A stretch of 64,000 nt of DNA from Macrostomum hystrix (Eukaryota; Animalia; Platyhelminthes): assembly GCA_950097015.1 (NCBI GenBank), contig CATNEN010000002.1, forward strand, positions 7,564,001 to 7,628,000, written 5' to 3'. Positions 38,790 through 48,209 of the stretch are shown here, one piece after another. A program made the position numbers and the translations under genes. Below the pieces are notes generated by a model. It worked only from the letters and a program-made list of their open reading frames with translations, was not told the DNA's origin and searched no databases. Position 1 is the stretch's first letter; each line of letters opens with the position of its first letter.

Positions 38790-41086
38790 AATGACTGACC
38801 TAAATCAATCGTGACCCAAATCAGTTCTGACCCAAAACAATCCTGACTCAAATCAATCAGGACCCAAATCAATCAGGACCCAAATCAATCAGGACCCAAA
38901 CAATCAGGACCCAAATCAATCAGGACCCAAATCAATCAGGACCCAAATCAATCATAGCCCAAATCAATCAGGACCCAAATCAATCAGGACCCAAATCAAT
39001 CAGGACCCAAACAATCAGGACCCAAATCAATCAGGACCCAAATCAATCAGGACCCAAATCAATCATGAGGCAGGACCCAAATCAATCAGGACCCAAATCA
39101 ATCAGGACCCAAATCAATCAGGACCCAAATCAATCATGAGGCAGGACCCAAATAAATCAGGACCCAAATCAATCAGGACCCAAATCAATCAGGACCCAAA
39201 TCAATCATGAGGCAGGACCCAAATAAATCAGGACCCAAATAAATCAGGACCCAAATCAATCAGGACCCAAATCAATCAGGACCCAAATCAATCAGGACCC
39301 AAATCAATCAGGACCCAAAACAATCAGGACCCTAATCAATCATGAGGCAGGACCCAAATCAATCATGGCCCAAATCAATCAGGACCCAAATCAATCATAG
39401 CCCAAATCAATCAGGACCCAAATCAATCAGGACCCAAATCAACCAGGACCCAAACAATCAGGACCCAAATCAATCAGGACCCAAATCAATCAGGACCCAA
39501 ATCAATCATGAGGCAGGACCCAAATCAATCAGGACCCAAATCAATCAGGACCCAAATCAATCAGGACCCAAATCAATCATGAGGCAGGACCCAAATAAAT
39601 CAGGACCCAAATCAATCAGGACCCAAATCAATCAGGACCCAAATCAATCATGAGGCAGGACCCAAATAAATCAGGACCCAAATAAATCAGGACCCAAATC
39701 AATCAGGACCCAAATCAATCAGGACCCAAATCAATCATGAGGCAGGACCCAAATAAATCAGGACCCAAATAAATCAGGACCCAAATCAATCAGGACCCAA
39801 ATCAATCAGGACCCAAATCAATCAGGACCCAAATCAATCAGGACCCAAATCAATCAGGACCCAAATCAATCAGGACCCAAAACAATCAGGACCCAAATCA
39901 ATCAGGACCCAAATCAATCAGGACCCAAAACAATCAGGACCCAAAACAATCAGGACCCAAAACAATCAGGACCCAAATAAATCAGGACCCAAATCAATCA
40001 GGACCCAAATCAATCAGGACCCAAATCAATCAGGACCCAAAACAATCAGGACCCAAATCAATCATAAGGCAGGACCCAAATCAATCAGGACCCAAATCAA
40101 TCAGGACCCAAATCAATCAGGACCCAAATCAATCAGGACCCAAATCAATCATGGCCCAAACCAATCAGGACCCAAATCAATCAGGACCCAAATCAATCAG
40201 GACCCAAAACAATCAGGACCCAAAACAATCAGGACCCAAAACAATCAGGACCCAAAACAATCAGGACCCAAATCAATCAGGACACAAATCAATCATGAGG
40301 CAGGACCCAAACCAATCATGAGGAGGACCCAAATCAATCATGAGGCAGGACCCAAATCAATCATGAGGAGGACCCAAATCAATCAGGACCCAAATCAATC
40401 AGGACCCAAAACAATCAGGACCCAAAACAATCAGGACCCAAAACAATCAGGACCCAAGTCAATCAGGACCCAAATCAATCATGAGGCAGGACCCAAACCA
40501 ATCATGAGGAGGACCCAAATCAATCATGAGGCAGGACCCAAATCAATCATGAGGAGGACCCAAATCAATCAGGACCCACATCAATCATGACCCAAATCAA
40601 TCAGGACCCAAAACAATCAGGACCCAAAACAATCATGACCCAAATCAATCAGGACCCACATCAATCAGGACCCAAATCAATCAGGACCCACATCAATCAT
40701 GACCCAAATCAATCAGGACCCAAATCAATCAGGACCCAAATCAATCATGACCCAAATCAATCAGGACCCAAAACAATCAGGACCCAAAACAATCAGGACC
40801 CAAAACAATCAGGACCCAAAACAATCAGGACCCAAAACAATCAGGACCCAAATCAATCAGGACCCAAATCAATCATGAGGCAGGACCCAAACCAATCATG
40901 AGGAGGACCCAAATCAATCATGAGGCAGGACCCAAATCAATCATGAGGAGGACCCAAATCAATCAGGACCCACATCAATCATGACCCAAATCAATCAGGA
41001 CCCAAATCAATCAGGACCCAAATCAATCAGGACCCAAATCAATCATGACCCAAATCAATCAGGACCCAAATCAATCAGGACCCAAA
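38790..41086. repeat. Satellite array 2, same 16-bp unit and orientation as array 1 (leader at 37612-37647)
   Basis: Direct reading; enriched in AAACAATC, AATAAATC and GAGGAG variants. Confidence 0.98.
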
Positions 41087-41150
41087 AGCAAAGCAAAAAG
41101 GAAGCAAAAATTTTAGATTGTTTCTCACGTGTCCTTTGACTTTTGATTAA

Positions 41151-41757
41151 CAGTAGAACTACCAAGGGGGGGGGGGAATTCCCCCCCTGACAATTTTTTT
41201 GCTGCACCCGAACGGAACAATGCAAGCACACGAAACTCAAGAACACGGGCCAACTTTTTGTTGCGCATCTTCTGAAACAAGAAACAAGTCGCCAGCTCTT
41301 CAGACCGTCGAGATATTCAATGTTTCTGGCCGAAGGTCCGATTTTTTCCATTAGAGCTAGTGTATTTCATACACCCCTATACACGAATTTGCACTGCGCC
41401 TCAGTGCGGCCTTTCCAGACCTTCAAACTTTATCAGCATGTCAACCGAATGCGCCTGCATCATCTCCGACTTCGGCGGTCACCGACCTTTATCTAGATCT
41501 ATCTCTCTTATCTATCTAGACCTTCAAGAGCTACAACAGGAGGAACTAGGCCACTATGGACACCCTGACGCGAATTTCTCCAATTTCACTGTTCAAGCCT
41601 AACTATTAGGCGCAGCTCAACCACAGGACACCCTCGACTAGTCTGTCAACCAATCAGTCACCCCCAAAGCATTCAGGCGCTGGCAAAAACATTTTCAGGG
41701 GGGGGAATCCCCCCTTGGTATAAAAACGGGCGGCAAAATGGCTTGGTAGTCCTACTG
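41151..41757. mobile_element. Non-autonomous TIR element (MITE-like) flanked by TTAA
   Basis: Ends CAGTAGAACTACCAAG / CTTGGTAGTCCTACTG; inner IR ACCAAG-G-run-AATT-C-run-TGA; TTAA at 41147-41150 and 41758-41761. Confidence 0.8.
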
Positions 41758-41934
41758 TTAACTTCTTCATGGCTGACTTCTGCGCTGGCGTGTCGACTGC
41801 TGATTCTTCGGAACCTGAAGTTTCTGAGTCTGTCTCGTCGCTGGATGCTGACACTGTGGGTGCTGATACACTGGATGCTGACATAGCTGCTGATACACTG
41901 GATGCTGACATAACTGCTGATACATGGGGTGCTC

Positions 41935-42310
41935 ACGCAAGTGGTGCTGACGCGAATGGTGCTGACGCAAGTGGTGCTGACGCAAGTGGTGCTGACGCAA
42001 GTGGTGCTGACGCATGTGGTGCTGACGCAAGTGGTGCTGACGCAAGTGGTGCTGACGCAAGTGGTGCTGACGCGAATGGTGCTGACGCAAGTGGTGCTGA
42101 CGCAAGTGGTGCTGACGCAAGTGGTGCTGACGCAAGTGGTGCTGACGCGAATGGTGCTGACGCAAGTGGTGCTGACGCGAATGGTGCTGACGCAAGTGGT
42201 GCTGACGCAAGTGGTGCTGACGCAAGTGGTGCTGACGCAAGTGGTGCTGACGCAAGTGGTGCTGACGCAAGTGGTGCTGACGCAAGTGGTGCTGACGCAA
42301 GTGGTGCTGG
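41935..42310. repeat. 15-bp repeat GTGGTGCTGACGCAA (ASAPL on minus), about 25 copies
   Basis: Direct reading. Confidence 0.96.
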
Positions 42311-43069
42311 TAAATAACGAGAGGGTGCAGAAGCGTTCCGCGCATTACGCCATTTAGATTGGGAATAATATATTTTAGTTTTGACAACTGGGTGTTGTCC
42401 ATTCAGGCAGGCCTGGTTTTCGAACAAGGTTTTTCTTGAGGGGCGTGGCCTCTGCTTCCGTCCCTCGAATCTCAGTTTCCCTGCTGATTGAATTGTATGG
42501 CTTGGATGGCAATCGATTCTGACCGTATTGGGGCCTGGTGGAAGAATACCTTCCTTGGTAGTTCTGCTGAGGCCTCTGACCATTAGGTTGCCTGTGGTCT
42601 ATACCGATTTGGTTGGTAGGGCTGCTGAAAGTGCGCTTGTTGCTGCATAAGCGGCTGGGGCGGCTGATACTGCCTTTGACTTCCTGCACTCCTTTTCTCT
42701 TCAATCAGATTCTGAATTAGTTGCTTCTTGCTCTCTCTTGTCTCAGATGGGATCCTAGTAGTTCCTTTTAGAAACTGTTCTACAACTTCCTCCTCTCTTT
42801 GCTCTGCATTCATTTTAGGGAATGCCCTTGTTGCATCGGCAAACATGTCTATTGGCTCATTACGTCCCTGCATCCTTCCGCGAAATTCCTCATTCCGCAT
42901 TCGGATGCGCTTCCTATTCTTCCGAATCGTTCTATTAGTCTCTCCCTAAACTCTTCATAGGTTAGATCGTCGGGTAAATTGAGTCGTTGGACTGCAGCGA
43001 AAGCTGTTGCTAGGTCAAGGTTGGCTAAGAGCTCGCTCTTTCTGTGCTCGTCCTGATTTAAGCCTTCAG

Positions 43070-43933
43070 TATAAGACTTAGAAATCTGAAAGGAATTCAA
43101 GAGAGCTCTAGGATAAAACTAGGCTAAAAATAGCAACAGCAGAGAGGGCAAGCAACTGAAAGCAGAAAGATTAGACTAAGATTCGCCCCGAGACCACTTA
43201 ATCATTTCAGCGCAAACCCGGTTCGGCATGACAGCAGCGGTGCCGACGTGGAGCTGCCTGAACCACCTGCAGCTGTGCGGACGTGGAGCTGCGGGACTCG
43301 ACCCAGCCCGGCCTGTCCCGACCCGCAGCTGCCTGCATCGACCCAGCTCAGCCTGAAACGGGAGCCGCCCGGACCCGATCGGGAACAAGATCTGGAGGAG
43401 CCCGGGACCGCACAAGAAGACTGGATCGATGAAGGGGAAGGTGATAACGAACAGTAGGAAAGAGGTCTCGGTAGAAGCGGGAACAAGTTCTAACTCAACT
43501 AAGGCGTTTTCAGGACTTTTGCCCACCCTTCATAGAAAAGGGGTTGGTGCGCCGACCAACCAACTAGTCTAATGATAATGACTGTTCTAGACGAGAGGCT
43601 GCGACCTCAACCAGCATAAATCTTCTTGTGAATGTTGCTACGGTATTGCCTTCCCCTCGGATCGAGGGGTTTTAAAGACATTATATAAGTCGGCGCGGAG
43701 CGCGGAAAAATGCGCCGCCGCGAGTCAGTTAGAGAATCAGCTTGAGCTCCGTTAAGCTAAACTTATTAGAAAACTCATTGTCTTCGCGTTCTTTCTTGAG
43801 CAGAATCTGAGATAACGATCCCGAGAGATCGTTACCGCCAGCCGGTATACTGAGTGTCGATAATCTTTAGTAGTTATAGCCTTCAAGACATCAAGACACC
43901 AGATTAGAAAGACATAAAACTTGAAGCGCTATA
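43070..43933 (+). mobile_element. 864-bp insertion into the decayed gag, probable solo LTR with TATA...TATA ends
   Basis: Removing it restores RCDTEGL in gag; TTCAG duplicated at 43065-43069 and 43934-43938; internal TATATAAG near 43683. Confidence 0.6.
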
Positions 43934-44685
43934 TTCAGTATCGCACCTTTGGTCAAATGCAGTTAGCCAGATTCCAATGTCTGGGCTTGGGGTATACTTT
44001 TGGATCTTAATGTGCCTCATTGGTCCTAGTTCAAGTCGGTTTCTTAACTCTTCAGCTAACAATCCGATAGCGTCATTTATCCCTGCCATTACGGTCGGTC
44101 TGCTTGTGTGTTTGACTGGAATCCCACCGCTGCCACAAGTTGTCGTAGAGCCTTTCTTCAAATTGCTATTCTGCTGTTTGCTTCCGATTGTTTAAGGTTT
44201 CTTCACTATTCGAATTTCACTAGTGGACACCCAATAAGGTTATGTTAAACAATGGATTTGCTATTCATATATTAATGGCTTCCAAATGTCTAATCTTATG
44301 ACAATAGTCCAGTCTTCCTAAAGACAGACTCCTTTGCTAAATGTAATGTCTAGGTAGCGATTTTGCGTGTGTCCGAGCGGCAAGACACTTTAATAATAAA
44401 ATTGTCGTAGCACACTGGTTTATTTATAGTTTTCAACAATACGTACTGATTTGAGTTTTCAGTCCTAGTCGGGCTACCAATGGGCTAGAGTTGCCCAATC
44501 AATCACACAATTTGAATAACTCCTTTGCTTTAATTCTAATACAGCTTGCCTTTGTCTCAATAGGGTGTGACGATTCTAGTCTCATGGCTAAACTAATAAG
44601 TTAAGGCTGACAAGGGCTGGGTGTAGCGGTAGCACTTTTAACGTCAATAGATTCAGATGACGAACAGTAGATAGATAGAGATATA

Positions 44686-45296
44686 TACTCAGCAACAGCT
44701 AAACCCCCCCAACTCACGCTGTCAGACGGGCACAAAAGTTAAGCAATGTCTTTAATTCTAGTCTCAGTGATCGTATGTAGGAACCACGAGCATGCAAAAG
44801 TGCCGTGACTCGTCGTGGCATCCTGATCACCAGCCGGTTGATGAACTCTTGGGGCAGCTGCTGCCAGGCATTCAGTACCGCCAGTCGCAACTGTTCAGCA
44901 TTCTGTGGGGCATCCTGCTGAACTCTTCGCTTTACAAAGTCCCAGACATGCTCGATGGGGTTCATGTCTGGAGACTTTGACGGCCAGTTCAATGTGCGAA
45001 TGCCGAGCTGCTCCTTCAGCAGCTGCACGTGTGCTGCTCGATGTGGCGCAGCGTTGTCGTCTTGAAGCATGCAGTTCTGCGGGCCGCCAAAGGTTGTCGT
45101 AGCGCAATGGTTTACCATTGCGCAATGCAGCCACCAGTGGGTTGAGTTGCGCCACCCCCTCTCCAAATCCCCCATGCCGCACTTTGCGCTCGCGTCTGGC
45201 GGCGGCAGCATTCACACATTTCTGAGTCACCGATGGCATACAAAACTTTTGGGCCGTGTGACAGCGTGAGTTGGGGGGTTTAGCTGTTGCTGAGTA
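44686..45296 (-). mobile_element. Tc1-family deletion derivative with long TIRs
   Basis: About 40-55-bp TIR TACTCAGCAACAGCTAAACCCCCC..AACTCACGCTGTCA, TA flanks; transposase C-terminus QDDNA...SPDMNPIEHVW (D34E spacing). Confidence 0.88.
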
Positions 45297-46120
45297 TATT
45301 AGTTTAGGCTGGCCAATTGTTATTATGGGTGATGACTCAACAAAATAGGTTAGTCTTGGCTGGTGGCTTTGCACTATAAGCTACTTGTATTATGCTCTTC
45401 TAATTTCTCCTATACACTGTGGCAGGCAACAATTGATAAAATAGATCCTGAAATCAGGTGTGGCGAGGCGGCAATGATATCAAGGCACTAGGCCGGTAGG
45501 CGATGCGGACGATGAGGATGATGATGATATGGCGATGCAACGTGTGGTAGTAGTGGCGCGGCGCGGCGTGGTCCAGAGCCAACGAAACACTAACCTCCAG
45601 CGCAGATAAAGAGCGGGCTTGGGTGGGCGCAAGCGAGAAGCTTAATTTTGGCCATGCATAAAAAATGCAGAGCCCTCTCATTGGCTGGCACGGAAAAACA
45701 CCTTGACTTTACAGCAAGGCTCATAATTATTGATTAAATTGTACACAGGTGTCCGGTCGCGTTACGCAAATTAAGATGAATTCGTACTTGTTTAATATAA
45801 CGTTTACTTATAGTACCGCGTAAAGAAAAGATAAAAATAAATGGCTTAAATTAAACAAATGTGACGAAAACAATGGCGAACGTGTAGCGGTAGCAATTAT
45901 TTGGTAGCTTCTTAGTTGTAGCTTGCACGGTTATATTTGTTCTTCAGTTGACGTATTTACTTATTTCTTTCGAAGCGTACAAATGCACTTTATGAGCTCG
46001 ACCACTCAAGAACTTTGGGGATTATAAGGCAGTGCGAGATGGACGGTTACTATAAAGTCTGTAACTTAACCTACTCTACAAATTATAAGTCAATGGCTTG
46101 ATTAGCCGAGACTTTAGATT

Positions 46121-46709
46121 TGTTGTAGTGCTTCTTTTACAATTGCACTTTTCTAGTAATTCAAACTCTCCTCATACTGTAAGTAATTGGCCTAAACTTC
46201 TGACTTATTGCCTGTCAATCATTTTAGAGTGACATATACATTATACCACACCCCTGCTCGGGTGGACTTATGCAAACTACAGATAGTTTGGGTAGCGTGG
46301 CTCTTTGTCACGATATTTCTGGCCTCCTGCCAGTTATATTCTAGATATTAAATCTAGTTAGATCTGGAGACAATGCTCTCAGGTGATTCAGACAAGTTTT
46401 GTCAGGTAATTCAGGCTCTCTGGCCAGTCTGTACTCGGGCTTCCCCGGATCGGTTTCAACGGCTTCCACTTACTTTAGAAATAAGTAAGGCTTGTAAGAT
46501 TGCTCACGAGGAGAATTGAACTGTTTCTAATAATGGGCACGAAACGGTTACTGTCTTTATCACTTCCCGCCTCTATTTATAGCAATATTCCTAATACACT
46601 CAGCATACACACGGTATATTTCTTTTCATCTTAACAAATCGCATAAGTCGAATATTATAAGCATACGCGTAGCATATTTTTAGCACGAATTCAAATATAG
46701 CCTGTTATA
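46121..46709 (-). repeat. 3' LTR (589 bp), preceded by PPT AAGAGGAGGCAGT at 46722-46710
   Basis: No differences from the 5' LTR seen by eye; TATAAAT at 46581-46575. Confidence 0.95.
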
Positions 46710-46981
46710 ACTGCCTCCTCTTAATAATAATACTGAATAATTAAGTGAAGTATTATTAGCAAAAGTCCGTAGCAAAAGATGTTAGCAAAATAAAGAGTTA
46801 ACATTCGTAGATACCAAGTATAGTGAAGATAAGTAAAAATACACAAAGTTTCATAAAACATACACAAAGAAAGCAAAATACGTAGCAAAAGTTTCAGAAA
46901 GATGTTAGCTAAGGATTAACACTTTGCAGATACACAAAATAAATGTCCATAAAGAATTGATAAAACACTTAGTCAATCCCT

Positions 46982-47860
46982 CTAGAACTCAAATTGCGGT
47001 GGTGGTTCCTCGTAATGTATCCAGCCTAGCTGGATAAGGATCCAGCGTACCTCGATGTTTAGTAGGGTCCTGAAGGCCTGCCTGTCGCCTGCATTTAGAG
47101 CTCGCCGTATCCTGTCAGCGACCGTCTCCATGGCCGTAATGGCCCCGGCCGTGTCCGTCGCACTGCGTAGGGAGCGAATCGACGGCCATATGTGCGCCCT
47201 CTGCGGCAGTGCTTGGTCATGGCGCAGGAACACAATTTTTAGCAGATATTGCGTTAGCTTGTGCTGCGCTTTGGCCACTCGCTCTTCGCGGGTCCCGATT
47301 CTGGGTGGTGGAATCCTTGACGCAGCCGGCCGATCGGCCCGGGCGTGTGCTGCTGCAGACCGCGGTGGCCAATTATCCTCCGGCGTAGATGACTTCTGAG
47401 GCCGTGGAGCCAGCGGCTGCCGTGGCGGTGGTCTGTACACTGTTGATTGCGGCTTTGGTTGTTGCACCACCTTTGTCTTCTGTGATGGTCTATGCGCAGG
47501 TGGCTGCTGCAATAGCACTGTAGGTCTACGAATCTCGGCTGTAGATATTGGCAGCCTAGAGACTCGGCTTTGCGGCGATCCTCGTGGCCGATTCTCTGGT
47601 TCCAGCCGCGGGCTTGAGGTTCTCATCCGCTTGACAGCCGTGCCCTTATAGGCAGGTGGTTTCGGCCGCGTGGCCTGCCGCAGCGGAGCGGCCAATTCGT
47701 TGCGTGGCGTGGTGTCAACCACATTGCATTCGCCTATTGGCGGCTCAGTTTCGCTGCCTGCTGGCAGGACTTCCACACTCACTCCTGTGAATTCATTTTG
47801 AACTTCATTACAGTCAATGAGTTCTTGTAAGAAATCACTCAGTGAGGTATTTTCGGCCAT
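46982..47860 (-). CDS. Accessory ORF3 of the gypsy element, 292 aa, unknown function
   Basis: ATG-initiated, intact, between pol and PPT; acidic N-terminus, Pro/Arg/Gln-rich middle, helical-looking C-terminus; no signal peptide or TM. Confidence 0.8.
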   Translation of the reverse strand: MAENTSLSDFLQELIDCNEVQNEFTGVSVEVLPAGSETEPPIGECNVVDTTPRNELAAPLRQATRPKPPAYKGTAVKRMRTSSPRLEPENRPRGSPQSRVSRLPISTAEIRRPTVLLQQPPAHRPSQKTKVVQQPKPQSTVYRPPPRQPLAPRPQKSSTPEDNWPPRSAAAHARADRPAASRIPPPRIGTREERVAKAQHKLTQYLLKIVFLRHDQALPQRAHIWPSIRSLRSATDTAGAITAMETVADRIRRALNAGDRQAFRTLLNIEVRWILIQLGWIHYEEPPPQFEF

Positions 47861-47922
47861 TATGGCGAGTTGGCTGTATGTCTTAGCACTTAGCTAGCGC
47901 AACCCTTGTTCCGAGGTGGCCC

Positions 47923-47958
47923 TTTATATAGTCACAAAATGGGCGAGTGCCTGACCAA
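47923..47958 (-). promoter_or_regulatory. Internal promoter for ORF3
   Basis: TATATAAAGGG at 47930-47920, 63 nt upstream of ATG; inverted CCAAT near 47954-47958. Confidence 0.55.
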
Positions 47959-48209
47959 TAGGATGCCGAGATTTTGTTTACAATGAGGATATCGAGGTGT
48001 ATACAAAATATACCAAATAATATGCGGAGAGTATTTAAAATATTTTCGTGACGCAGTCTTAATCGTAGGAATTACACAACAATACAAATTTGATACACGC
48101 AGGATATATTAGCGATATAGGTATCGCCAGATTACACAATAATACACGGAGAATATGTGAGCAATATCATCACCCATTGGCTTACTGGCCTGGGGTGGTG
48201 GGCGTTCGC

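Larger units (their letters stand above)
41758..44610 (-). pseudogene. Decayed Ty3/gypsy relative of the element at 46121-52866 (PBS, frameshifted gag, frameshift site, no PR/RT)
   Basis: tRNA-Leu PBS 44119-44137; gag LAEELRNRLELGP...ELLANLDLATAFAAVQR; GGGAAAC-TGA near 42475-42481; LTR starts at 44141, far end uncertain; no second LTR seen. Confidence 0.85.

Noticed and set aside
25985-40901. Many QDPNQSGPKS ORFs
   Set aside because: Translations of a 16-bp satellite; frames open and close with single unit variants
25860-41086. Telomere-like repeat (TTTGGG on minus strand)
   Set aside because: The unit is 16 bp, interstitial and variant-rich, not a TTAGGG-type array
41635-41650. CGACTAGTCTGTC shared between the TTAA MITE and the satellite leader (25684)
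   Set aside because: A 13-mer match is expected by chance in 64 kb and does not extend
45454-45690. CCAAT box (same 15-mer as at 13004) plus a low-complexity ORF, as the missing GPCR first exon
   Set aside because: No TATA, no convincing start and no in-phase donor could be shown
46982-47860. env or alternative recombinase
   Set aside because: No signal peptide, TM, furin site, DDE, RHRY or HUH motif visible
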